Under the pieces are notes generated by a model, which was not told the DNA's origin, ran no database searches, and saw nothing but the letters and a program-made list of their open reading frames with translations. Below are positions 1 to 12,859 of a stretch of DNA of 64,000 nt, one piece after another. Numbering within the stretch: the first letter of the stretch is position 1; the number at the start of each line of letters is the position of its first letter. Position numbers and translations under genes: made by a program. Origin of the DNA: Octopus sinensis (lineage: Eukaryota); NCBI RefSeq assembly GCF_006345805.1, contig NC_043004.1:66340001-66404000 (forward strand), given 5' to 3'.

Positions 1-2130
1 GCAACTAATTGCAATATATTTTTGAAATATTTCTATAATTTTAATTTTAATCATGCGGTTGGTTTGGAAACAAATTTTTGTAAGAATCATTTAAGGTTTT
101 ACCAATATGTATAAATATATAAAATAGATTATAAAACAAAAATTTAAACGTAAAAAATAATTAATTATTAAATTGAGAAAATGTTAAATACTTCAAATAA
201 GAAACTCTAACCTTTGAAAAATTTAATTGATTTCAATGTAAACTAAATTAAAGAAAATAGTAGAGTTTTAAATATAAGAGATAATTGCCCACTTTATTTC
301 TTCGTCATGCTACAATGCATTATTAATAACAGCTACGTATCTTCTCATAATAGAAGTAAACATCACAAACACTATTTTAAAAGAATCCCTTCGCGTGTTT
401 ATATTTCATTCTATTCAGTGAATGATTTTTTTATTAATTTTATCTAAACTTTAATTGCTTTCTAAATGTACCTATTTATGTAAATTAATTTGTAGTAGTA
501 ATTTGGTTCATTTATGTTGATAAAGGAAAAAAAATGAAAGCAAACAAGACGATGGTGTTTGCTAAAATAAAGATGCCTTTTAAGTATTTTTAATATGTTG
601 CTGCAGAAGCGCACACATATATACGCATTCACATAAGATCTCACATTTTTATATATTGTGTCTGAGTGTTTCTTGTTTATGTACATATATATGTATTTAT
701 GCATTAAGTTACATTCATAAAAAATGATACGTTATCCTCAGAGTAGGTCATCACTGGACTTAGTATTGACTCTTCACCATTATACGCAGCTCTTTTTCCT
801 ACAAATTTTCAATTATTTGGTCTAAATTAATACTATTCATTAAAAAGCATAAAAACAGATCGTTAAATTAATATATACAAAGTAAACCGTAGACCAGTAA
901 CATCTAATATGGCCTGTTGTTCTGCAGCATAGCAGGGGGCACAATATTTGCCTTGCATTAACCCACATGGCTGGCATATATCAGTAATATCTGTGGTAAC
1001 CAATGTTTACTAATGAAATAAATTGAAACCTCTAGGGTACCCTTTATCAATGTGATAGTGAAGTACTTTTCACATAGAACATATATTGGTTTTGTGGAGA
1101 AAACATTCTCTACAACTGTCTTGTTAAATGTGAAATGCATTTTCTGTTTCAGATTGTATGTGAAATACATTTTGTGTTTGGAATGCATTTTGTTCACATT
1201 GTATGTTGTTGTGTGGACGCCCCCAGACGATGAAGTAGGCTAGCCAATACGTAAAGAGGGAGAAGTCTAAACGTCAGAGTTGAGTAGCGGTCATCGAAAC
1301 GTGCGATATAACAGTAACGACGAGGATTTCGTAGCTCACACAGCCACTGTGTAATGTTGCGATATAACATATTTAAAATACATTTTATATTTTACTTATA
1401 GATTTTAGGTTCTACATGTTTGTCTCCTACTGCAACTCTCAGTATTCATGTAATCCCTGTCTTCGTCGAGATATATCTCATCCATGGAATATAGTTACAA
1501 AGGGCTTTCGTCTTCAATGACGGTGATGTACAGTGACAACTTTGATTTCAGAAACTAAACGAAATCGGTTGCAGCGTTTGAAAATATGCTAACATATATA
1601 CTCATAATGGAATGTATTCAGGCCAGCAAATTCAACGTATTTTTGTTCAAAAAGATAAGGCTCTGCTGACGAGTTGAATGCATCAGATTTATAACCTATT
1701 ATGTGATCAAACTTTGCGCAAATTTCTAATCTAATACAATGAGAAAAAAGTGCTAAGGTGCTTCTCTGAAGGATCCATATTGTTGCTGGAAACGCTTTAA
1801 TTTCGTAATATATAAATATTGTCCTATTGTGGTAGCTTTGATACTCTCATTCGGGTTATCATACGTGCAAATATTTTCGGATGAATGAAGTAGATATCGC
1901 AGAAACAAAATATTTGAACCAGGTACTAGAGAGGCATTAAATTAATGCATCAAAACGGAATATGCTTAAAGTGTAAACACACTAGTTTACCCAATAATAT
2001 TGTGTTAAATATATTAGGGCAGCTGGGCAAAATGAAAACGAAATAACGCTTTATTTAGAATAAACGACACAGAATATGATTCAGAATACACATATATCGA
2101 GAGAGTTGACATTTATAAAGATCGCCTTAG

Positions 2131-2655
2131 TACCGTAACTCCTCGTGTATAATCCGGATTTCTTCCCCAAAATTTGAAGGTCAAAATCCCTAGTGTGTAC
2201 TATATACGAGGTTAAAATTGGAAATTATTTTCTAAGCAATATCCGAGTCTCTATTTGCTGTCTGGCTATGTTTATTCAGACGCATTTTTTTAATGTCGGG
2301 CTCGAAAATACCTGAAGCTAAGCCTGAAACCAATGAAGTCATAAAATAATCATTCATAACTTACAAAAAGCAACATTTATTAAACGTTATTACTGTTATT
2401 ACTGTTATTTCTTTATTTTCTACAAACAAACTGCACAAAAAAAGCTACACGTTTGCATTATGTTATATATACAATAATAATAAAGGAGGTTACCGTATAT
2501 ATTTTACAAAGAAAGGATGTTATATAGACCTCCTTGATCAGCTTAAAGAAGGGGTGCGTATTATACACAAGGTTTAGGTTTTTCAGATGTACAGCCCCCT
2601 AAAAATCCTCTGCCTATTATACTCAAGGGCGGACTATACTGGAGGATTTACGGTA
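2131..2655. mobile_element. Non-autonomous Tc1/mariner-superfamily element (MITE, Tc2/pogo-like termini)
   Basis: Imperfect 26-bp terminal inverted repeats: TACCGTAACTCCTCGTGTATAATCCG (2131) versus the reverse complement of the right end, TACCGTAAATCCTCCAGTATAGTCCG (ends 2655). TA dinucleotide at both ends and no internal ORF. Confidence 0.7.
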
Positions 2656-3074
2656 AACAAAATCAGAGCATAATTCGTGTGATCACAAAAAATAACTTGT
2701 AACACATTACAGATAACTAAAACAGATAGCCACAAGGTAAAAACAACAGCGATAAAAAAAATAACTTAATCTTTGATGGAAAAGACCTTTATAATAAAAA
2801 AGGAAAATGAAGCATACATATTGTGAAGAACTAATCTGGAAACTACGCAAAGGGGTAGCAAGACATTTGTCAACATTCAAACAGTGAACAAATTGAGCAG
2901 TGAGAAAAAATCCAAAGAGAAATTGCAATAGTAGGACAAATAAATAAGCATATCACGCGGTATGTTTGTTTTGCTGCACACCCTGTATTGGTAGGTGCTT
3001 TGGTAATGATGAATATATAAACATGTAAACACATAAACTAACATCCAATATTTACAAATACGCATAATTTTTTT

Positions 3075-3287
3075 ATTCTTTTACTTGTGTCGGTCATTTT
3101 GACTGCGGTCATGCTGGAGAACCGCCTTTTGTCGAGCACATCGACCGAAGGTCTTATTCTGTGTAAGCTTAGTACTTATAGTATCGATCTCTTTTGCCGA
3201 ACCGCTGAGTTACGAGGACGTAAACACACCGGCATCGGTTGTCAAGCGATGCTGGGGACACACCCACAAACATATACACACACAAAA

Positions 3288-3323
<36 letters not shown>

Positions 3324-3520
3324 GAGACGGGCTACTTTCTGTTTCCGTCTATCAAATTCTTTCACAAGAGGCTATTCGGCCCTAGGCTATAGTAGAATAC
3401 ACTTGCCCGAGTTGCCACTCAATGGGACTGAACCCGGAACCATGTGAATGGTAAGCAAGCTACTTAACACATAGCCAATCCTGCACCTATAGCTTCTTAC
3501 CACACAGCAAATCCTGTGCC
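3075..3520 (-). mobile_element. tRNA-derived SINE family A, near full length, with internal (CA)n/(TA)n tract
   Basis: Matches the other copies in the window (16835, 17906, 32831, 42255). On the minus strand the head has A-box-like and B-box-like (GGTTCAGTCCC) motifs, and the tail is CAGCATGACCGCAGTCAAAATGACC...AAGTAAAA. Confidence 0.85.
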
Positions 3521-3526
3521 GAAAAC

Positions 3527-3559
3527 ATAATGATTATAATGAAAATAATAATAATAATG

Positions 3560-3599
<40 letters not shown>

Positions 3600-3725
3600 T
3601 GATGATAATAATAATGATAATGATAATAATGATAATAATAATGATAAAATAATGATAAGGATAATAATGATAATAATAATGATAAAATAATGATAATAAT
3701 GATAATAATAATAATAATAATAATA

Positions 3726-3765
<40 letters not shown>
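3527..3765. repeat. (AAT)n/(GATAAT)n microsatellite
   Basis: Directly visible. It explains the poly-Ile and poly-Leu ORFs at 3487-3807. Confidence 0.95.
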
Positions 3766-3766
<1 letters not shown>

Positions 3767-4120
3767 CCCTGATGCAGTACGAAACAGTGACTCTCATGGC
3801 TACTCATCTTAACTGATTTAAAGTATTATCATGTACATTGTTTCGTCTTGGTATAAAAGATGGGCTACAGCAAATATTCTGCTCAATACCACATATTTGC
3901 TTGTCAGTTGTTTGACCTTAACCAGTTGAGCATGTCCCTTAGTGGCTGACGATATGTGCATCTCTCATCATGCGCAGAAGTAGTCGGAGAGCATCATAGC
4001 CGTATGTTGAAAGGAATTCTTGTAGGTTTGGATAAATCACCTCTTAAGACATGGTTGTTTCGTTCAGCATCTTTAAACAATTCTTATTCAGGGACCTCTT
4101 GGGCGGGATGGGCTACTGTA
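3763..4120. repeat. Interspersed repeat fragment (abundant octopus-type repeat)
   Basis: Recognised from memory as a common octopus repeat (GCCCTGATGCAGTAC...GATGGGCTACAGCAAATATTCTGCTCAATACCAC...). There is no second copy in the window, so this is not confirmed here. Confidence 0.45.
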
Positions 4121-4129
4121 ACAGAAAAA

Positions 4130-4440
4130 CATTCAAACAATACAAACAAGCAAAAATTTTCTGCAAGTTCCTAAAAAAAATCGAGGACTTACATGACATG
4201 CGTAAAGCGGAAATTCCCGATATTTCATTTGTTTATAGTTGACAACATATGGTGCCACAGACAAAATGACAGCATCCTAATCCTATTTTCTGACTGGCTA
4301 AAAATTATCAAAATTATAACCTCTATAGCTTAAACAAAAATCTGGAAAAAGCGCAGTATTTCTTCAGATCCAGCATCGATAGTTACACCAAATATTAACA
4401 TTCTAAAAACGCCTGAAATTTTCCACGGGTACAGCCAAAG
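4130..4440 (-). pseudogene. Heavily decayed LINE reverse transcriptase remnant (CR1/L2-like)
   Basis: On the minus strand, AATATTTGGTGTAACTATCGAT resembles the coding of (K)YLGVTID with an indel, and a downstream segment resembles the YCSxVWxP motif. Many stops. Confidence 0.3.
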
Positions 4441-5389
4441 AGAAACGATCCCAGTTTTGTATTTCATCCTTGCGGGGTCACTGAAATATGTACCAGCTGA
4501 CCACTGGTGTCGATGTAATCGACTATTCCTCTTTCTCTAACCTTTCGCTCTCGTGCCTATGATAGAAGGATTTATTTCTTACAACTTCTAATTACTTCTA
4601 TCACCTTTAATTTCCTTTTTCTCTTGTATCTCTCCATTATATCTTACCACAGTGAATGGGAGTGTGTTTGTGTGTTTACAATTTCCAATAAACACGAACT
4701 CTACAGTAAATCTACATCAGTTCCTACCCATTTAAATCTAGATTCGTATATTACGGAGAATAGTTATACGTATGCAAACGTCTTAATTTCCTATGTGCTA
4801 TTAAGCTTCCTAAAATGTTCCACATTAGATTTAATACCCCATAATAAATTTATACAAGAATATATTCCATTGCAATATCTTACAAATGCTGTTCGTGTAT
4901 CATTCAACGCATCATTAAACAAGATTGCAACCTGTCTCTTTGCAATCCAAAGCAACATATAAATCTACTTTTTGTACGCTATTTCATGCAGGTAAGGAAT
5001 CTGAAATAATTTTTAGATGCGTCTTTTCTACCCTTTTGCTAATACGCTGAACTGTTTCTTCTTCAACGTGTATATCTATACACATGCGCGCTCGAAAAAT
5101 CATGCGCGGAAAAACACACACGTGCACGCACGTTCGCATGCATACAGACATATTTGCTAACAAATTATGTTATAATATTCATAGTAATGGGATTTTATTC
5201 TTAGGAGTATATTTTAATACATACACTGGCGCTCAATTGTAGCAAAAGTCTGTAATATACATATCAACCTAGGTGTTCTGTCAATATTAAAATCTATTTC
5301 TTACAAGTTCTTCTCTAAACAATATTTTGTTATGACCTTCACAATGCAACACCTAACTCAACAAAATGAGTGCGAATGTGGGTGCGATT

Positions 5390-5505
5390 GTGTGGGTATA
5401 TATACAGATATACAAATGTATATATCGGTATATCTATATACATGTATATACATATATTTGTGAATGCATATACATACGTATATATATGTATTTATAAACA
5501 TACTC

Positions 5506-5547
<42 letters not shown>

Positions 5548-5730
5548 GTATTTTTACACACATATATATATATGTATATACACATATCTATATATGTATA
5601 TATACACATATATGCATGGTATGTATATGTTTCCGTAGATTTAGTCACATTCATATATATATATATATATATATTTATAAATGCATACATATGTGTGTGT
5701 GTATGTGTGTATGTGTGTGTTTGTGTGTTT
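5390..5730. repeat. Compound (TA)n/(TG)n microsatellite
   Basis: Directly visible. Confidence 0.95.
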
Positions 5731-6734
5731 AGACGTATATACGAATACCTACAGATACCTGTGTCTATGTGTCGTTTGATTATTCAGTATATATTATAAT
5801 GAAGGACAACCGTTAGATATTGGGAAAATTCTACAGAAGACAAAGGTTGAACGATAATAACAGACAGACGAGAACGGATATTTCCCCGGTGATCTTCAAA
5901 AGATTTTCTAATTAATTTATTTTATTACGTTATTCTTAGTTTCGTTCGTCTACATACTCACATACTCATTGAAGTCAATATATTTATGAAGATATTGCTT
6001 TGGCAATGTTATTTCCTCATCTACCCGGCAACTCTCAGAAATATCTATTTTATCATTATAATTAACATTTAATTTCAATAAAGAAAGCATGATGATGGCA
6101 ACAGCTTATTTGTAGATAACGAACACATAAGTATTTAGATCGAGGAAATTGGTGTCCGAAATACTAAATTTTAATATTCAAATTTGGGCAAAGTAGAATC
6201 TTTCTTGATGATCTCTAATAAATGTCTACCTATAACAGTAAGATGCAGCATTGCTAAATGAGTTTGTTTTCCATCGACAGCTATTTCAGAATTTCATTCA
6301 TTCATATATTCACTAATTAATTAAAAACACATATCGAGGTGATTCACTCTGCTATCGTTACCTGTGTCAAACACGACAGTGTTACAAATGATTAATAAAT
6401 CGTGATTAGTTTTTCGGCAGTGTATTCGTTTTAACACCAGTTACACAATTATAGTTGTAAAGGAAATTATATAATTATGCAAATTTGCAAGGCGTAAAAT
6501 AAATTTTAAAAATGCAAATTGCAGACAACGTGGTTGTTAAGCCATATGTTGCAGTGACCTCATCTATTGGTATGTTCACTTAATAAACTCTGCTCTCCTC
6601 GTAGAAATGATTGTGAATACGAAAGGCAGCGATTCAGGTTCAGCGTCCATCATGAAATTTGTTCTTCAGCACTCTGCCTTACTTTTCAAGAAAGAAAAAA
6701 AAGAAAAAAAAACGCAAAAATAACCATCAATTGC

Positions 6735-6736
<2 letters not shown>

Positions 6737-6805
<69 letters not shown>

Positions 6806-6903
6806 TACATATATATACACACACAGATACACACACACATATATATCTCATGCATATAAATATGTGCACACACACACACACACACACTCACACGTATATA
6901 TAT
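6737..6903. repeat. Compound (TA)n/(TG)n/(CA)n microsatellite
   Basis: Directly visible. Confidence 0.95.
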
Positions 6904-7347
6904 GACGCCAAAATTGCGATTTCTTTTTCTGAGATAGGTAGACTTCTCCGTTAAACATAGGTGCGTGATTTCGTAATTGAAATTGTTAATATTTTACAAT
7001 AGTATAAGGCTGCTACATACAAGATTCATTAGTTCAACGGGGTAAAGAAGAAAAACTTACCGGCATTCCCTCCGTTATTACGTTCTGAATTCATAAGCCA
7101 CCATCTTTCGGATTAATACAATAAGTCCCAGTTGGCACTAAGGCCGATTTAGTCCCTGAGCTCCAGTCTCGAAATTACTGGTCTTATTCAATTATTTGAA
7201 TCCAATAATTTACAATGAAATCTCCGGATTACATTATTCGCAAAACGCTAGATTTTGCATTCAATATATTTTTACGAGGCTCAGATACATACATAAAAAC
7301 ATTCACATTTACGATTGCGACTATGTCTAGATTTCTATATAATATAC

Positions 7348-7396
<49 letters not shown>

Positions 7397-7567
7397 ATAA
7401 TATATAATATATATCAGAATGTTTTGAGTAATGACATAAAAAAAACTAGAGTCGGTAGATTTAGAAGATTTTAGATAAGTCTTACAGCTGTTTCCACGAT
7501 ATTTTTAACTAGATTCCTTCATTTTGATAGGATACAAAATATATATAAGTATGTGTGTATATATATG

Positions 7568-7604
<37 letters not shown>

Positions 7605-7662
7605 ACGTATATATATATATATATGTATATGTGTGTGTATATATATATATGTGTGGGGGGTG

Positions 7663-7872
7663 TTTTCTTTTATTTGTTTCAGTCATTTGACTCCGACCAT
7701 GCTGGAGTACCGCCTTTAGTCGAGCAAATCTACCCCAGGTCTTATCCTTTGTAAGACTGGAACCGTTGGTGGCCGCAAGGCTATAGTAGAGGATACTTTG
7801 TCAACATGCCATGCAGTGGGACTGAACTCGGAACCATGTGACTGGGAAGCAAACTTCTTATCATACACCCAC
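7663..7872 (-). mobile_element. SINE family A, internally deleted
   Basis: Tail (TTTCAGTCATTTGACT...CATGCTGGAG) is joined to the head (CAGTGGGACTGAACTCGGAACCATGTG) and the central part is missing. Confidence 0.8.
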
Positions 7873-8802
7873 GGTTTTTTGTTAACCTGATGAATTTCTC
7901 TCTACATTTCTATAGTACTCCATTCATTATTCTTAAACAAAAATATTATCGACAGTGACTTCGAAGTTTCAGCCGAACACACACACACACACACACACAC
8001 AACCACACACAAAACCACACAGACATACAAACACACACACACATATTTATATATATTTAGTCATTTGTTTCTTTTGTTGCTATGCGTGTATTCTTCTCAC
8101 TAAAAATTTTACTACGAACGGATAATCAAACACGTATTTTTTATGTATGTGATTATTTCGTTAGTCTTTGCGTGTTTATATTATCCATAGGTTTTGTGGT
8201 GGTGAAGATAAATAGGTAAACAAAGCAACAAAAATCTTTTTAATGTATGCAATCTGCATATTTCCACTTTGATGTAATTAATTTTCAAACAATTACTTGC
8301 CTTTGATCAATAATATTTTTCTAGCACTTTAATAATTCCAGCCTTTATAATTGTTTAAAAATGTATAAAGAATTTTTTGAAATTCTATTCTTGTCGGCTT
8401 TTGTCTCTCTTATCCAATAACTGAACCGGGAATGAATGCACAAACGATTAAATGAAACAGGAACCGGTGTAGGTAACCGAGGGAGATGCTAGAAATATAA
8501 GCTCTGTTTGACATCTTTTGAATTCTTGACTGCTAAGATATTGAAAATGTGTTAAATCATCGTAAAATAGCGTGAGAAACAGACGTAATGGTCATCAAAC
8601 GACTTCATTGATGGGCACTGTTTGCTGTATAAGGGTTCATGAGAAAGCAAGCAGCTGGAAGAATATGAACACCAACGGCGATAAGATCACCATCAAGACC
8701 ATTCCGCAATAACAACAACAACGACAAAAAATATTAAGTACAGATCTCCTCAAATTACATACATCCAATTCTGGTTCTTTGTAATCAATGTAAAATTTGC
8801 AC

Positions 8803-8949
8803 GTTACACACACACACAAACAGACATACAATATATATATATATATATATATAATAATATATATATATATACACATGTATTTATATATATATACACATGT
8901 ATATATATATATATATATATACACATGTATTTATATATATATACACATG

Positions 8950-8992
<43 letters not shown>

Positions 8993-9058
8993 TATATACA
9001 CAACACACACACATATATATACACACACGCACACGTATATATATATACACACACACAC

Positions 9059-9097
<39 letters not shown>

Positions 9098-9162
9098 TAT
9101 ACATGTATATATATATATATTTATATATATATACATGTATATGTATATATATATACACACAC

Positions 9163-9244
<82 letters not shown>

Positions 9245-9272
9245 GTATATATATAATATATATATAACGGGA
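8803..9272. repeat. Long compound (TA)n/(CA)n microsatellite
   Basis: Directly visible. It is the source of six spurious Y/I-rich ORFs. Confidence 0.95.
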
Positions 9273-9780
9273 AGCTTTATGAAAATAGACAAAAGACGAA
9301 GGCAGGTGGAAAACAAACAAACAATTGTATTAGTATGGCCGCACAGGAAATATAAATAAGACAACCACACACATGTATATATATATATATATATTGTAAG
9401 TTGAGGTGTGTCTTGTTAAGAACGTATAAGAGTAGAAATAAACATCGTTCCCCCTTTGTATTCCCAAATGGACGGTAGTATTCTTATGATATTCTACCAT
9501 TCCTAGTCTTAGGTATTCCTCGTGTGTGAAAATACATAGTAAATATAAGTAAAAGAGGAAAATGGATATAACCCAAAAGGAAAGAAAAAATACTGAAAAA
9601 TATAATCACTACATATACGTAAGAAACGAAACCAAACGAAACCAACTACATATACGTAAGAAACGAAACCAAACGTACAATAATTCTGAAATCCTATATT
9701 ATAATCAAATTTTTGGACTCCAAATATCATTCAACATTGTTAAGGAATTCATTGCAGCATTAAATAGCTGTTTTCCTGTC

Positions 9781-10505
9781 TCTAAGTCTCTCTAAAGTAG
9801 ATTACGGCAGAGGTTCTGGATATTAATCGTTATCGCCAAGTTAATATGGCAGTCCATAAATATAGGGTGAATGCTGCTGTTGATTAGCTCCAAGAGGCCA
9901 TCGCCTCTAGCTAGCTATGTGACACACGAGCCTGTGTCCATTATAACATTCGAACAAGGGACGTCAGCCGCTTCCTCCTGCTGGCCAGGCATCTGTAGAC
10001 TACTTTCAGGCTATTTGCCCCTTATCAATGCAGATCAGCCGAACCCAGGTTCGTGTGTCACATAGCTCGCTAGAGGTGATGGCCTCTTGGAGCTAATCAA
10101 CGGCAGAATTCGTCCTATATTTATTGACTGCCATATTAGCTGGGCGATAACTATTAATATCCAGTACCGCTGCTGTAGTCTCGTTTAGAGAGACTTAGAA
10201 GTAATAATATTTCTATTTTTGAAAACCAGTGAATGTATTCCACTGAATTTAGGTAAATAATCCTTCGGTTACCAGCGGCGCCTGCTGCGTTCGGCTGCTC
10301 TGCATTAATAAGGGGCAAATAACCTGAAAGTAGTCTGCAGATGCCTAACTAGTAGGGGAAGCGGCTGACCTCCCCTGGTCGAAGGTTATAATGGACACAG
10401 ATTCATGTGTCACATAGCTAGCTAGAGGCGATGAACTCTTAGAGCTAATCAACGGCAGTATTCGTCCTATATTTATGGACTGCCGTGTTTGCTTGGTGAT
10501 AACTA

Positions 10506-10510
<5 letters not shown>
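9781..10510. mobile_element. Fold-back/MITE-like element with about 155-bp inverted arms plus an extra inverted arm+spacer copy
   Basis: 9781-9934 is the imperfect reverse complement of 10046-10199. 10289-10510 is the reverse complement of about 9822-10044. Confidence 0.8.
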
Positions 10511-10571
<61 letters not shown>

Positions 10572-10683
10572 CATATATATATACATATATATGCATGCAT
10601 ATCTCGTAAACATTAACTAATATATAAAAAGACACTTTTTACATATTAGTTAAACTTAATCATGTTAATATAATCAGTTAATA

Positions 10684-10900
10684 AGGAGGTGATTTAGTAC
10701 AATGGCTACTGTGTCGTGTAAAGTGCTTAGCGGCATTTCGTCCGACTAAACATTCTGTGTTCAGATTCAGCGAGATTGACCATATTTTGCATCCTTTCGG
10801 GCTCGGTAAATTAAGTACCAGTTGAACACTGGCGTAGATGTAGTTAACTTACCCGCTCCTCCGATATTGCTGCGATTGTGACAGAATTTGAAATCAATAT
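10684..10900 (+). mobile_element. SINE family B, degenerate
   Basis: Contains GCTTAGCGGCATTTCGTC and CATCCTTTCGGG...TAAATTAAGTACCAGTT, as in the copies at 35180 and 46498. Confidence 0.7.
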
Positions 10901-11834
10901 ACTCAGTTAATATCATAACCTCGATACATTTTGATCTCCCGTGCATTCTGCGCTCATTGGCGTCTGCGGGGATTTTGCTGCACATTATCCAGAGATCTTT
11001 AAATATATATGCTTTAAAAGTATCCGGTAATTATTAGTGTATGACCGATGGCCCCCACCCCGGGCATTTTGCTTAATTTAAAATAATGTATTAACGTGTT
11101 TTGGTACAAATGTTCCGCCATATGAACGTTTCGCTTCAAAGATTTAGATCATGTGATGATATAGTAAGCCCAACGTAAATCTTCTGATTATAAACTATAT
11201 AAGAAAAAACAAATAGCGTATCATGTTTTCAAAACAATATTGAGAATATTTAAACAGACTATCTATAATAAATAGATAAATATATACAGAAATATATAAA
11301 AAAATCGTAACTGTTTTGTTTTAATTTATATATTACAAAGTGTTTGTTATCTTCTCCACGCATTTAATAGAAACACAATTATGTTTCCAGTCTCAATGAG
11401 AGAGCAGTGGGATTCCATATGAATTGAAGCGGTGTCTCTTTCACCCGATTGTGCGATTAAACGTTATTTATATGATACGGCCAGCTTGGTGATATGACAA
11501 ACATGCCTTTCCAAGGGGTATTACTATTGTCAGTGAAGTGTAACGTTTTCAATGGAACTTGAATGACATCTGGCCAGGGACTAGATAGCTTGGCGCTAAC
11601 TATTTATCGGCAATTGAGTGGTGGATGTTACTTCTCATTCAAACTCTAAGCCAAACAGGATTATTGTTATATATTTTATCGATCATCCCCAGCGTTCAAA
11701 GTCTAATTTGATCTCCACAGGATTTCAAGTGATAACAAAAAGCATTAAACTACAAAACCGGAAAATTGCATGAACGACAAACTGATCCCTCGGAAGTGTA
11801 TATATGTGAATGTAGAAGTAAGAGTGTGCATAAG

Positions 11835-11955
11835 ACATATATATATATATACATATATATATATATGTGTGTGTGGTTGTATGGGTTATGTGTGCATGTG
11901 TGCGTGCTTGTGTGTGTGAATATATGTATATTCACATACATATGTATGGGGATGC

Positions 11956-12028
<73 letters not shown>

Positions 12029-12075
12029 TGTTATATACACACACATACATTATATATATATGCATATATATATAT
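11835..12075. repeat. Compound (TA)n/(TG)n/(GA)n microsatellite
   Basis: Directly visible. Confidence 0.9.
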
Positions 12076-12762
12076 TTCGATTGTGTATGCTATTGTAAAT
12101 TATTAAGACTACTAACAATGTAGGCGAATGTAATTTGATGCAGGTTACATATATAGTTTTGTCCTCCATTCCAGTTCGATATTTTCGTGGTATATTCTAG
12201 ATTATCTCTTTCGTATTTGCGCTTTGAAAAGATATAAATCCAATGATGGTTTCTAACGAACGCAAACCCTCATTTTCTCACACAGGTTCACTGCTCATTA
12301 TGTAAGCCGTTATATTCCAGATGTCACTTAAATTTTAGCTAGATAAACATTCATTTTCATATTTAAATTATGCATGATCCTTAGAAGCAGTTATTGGAGG
12401 TAATAAACTGTTCGTTACGGATTCAACATCGTAAACCTATATGGTCGTTATTTTCACTAACATATGCTAACGAAATAGAATGCAATATCTCCATTTCTGA
12501 ATTCCTTATTTTGGGTATTGAAACTCTAAATCCTTTCAGAATCATAGGATGGTTGATATTTCAGGGCTATATTCTTCAAAAAAAAAATTCCAATTTATTT
12601 GCTTGGTATTCGGATTCGTAATCGAGTCGAAGATCCATTTAACACCGCTATAAATTATCTTGTAATCTCCAGCATTCATGAGTGTACATTCTATAATTTA
12701 GACAGGAAATTATGTTCGAGTTCACGACAGCTTTCATTAATCAAATCTAGCCTTAAACTAAT

Positions 12763-12793
12763 ATATGTATACATACACACACATGCACACACA

Positions 12794-12857
<64 letters not shown>
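12763..12857. repeat. (CA)n/(TA)n microsatellite
   Basis: Directly visible. Confidence 0.95.

Positions 12858-12859
<2 letters not shown>

Noticed and set aside
1222-1310. CAGACGA...TCATC-GAAACGTG and TAAACGTCAG hammerhead-like words
   Set aside because: The register is inconsistent and several core positions are wrong, so it is too degenerate to call.
3766-3800. CTGATGC-AGTAC-GAAAC as a hammerhead core
   Set aside because: A9 is missing, there is no convincing stem III/NUH, and as I recall the repeat consensus it lacks GAAA here.
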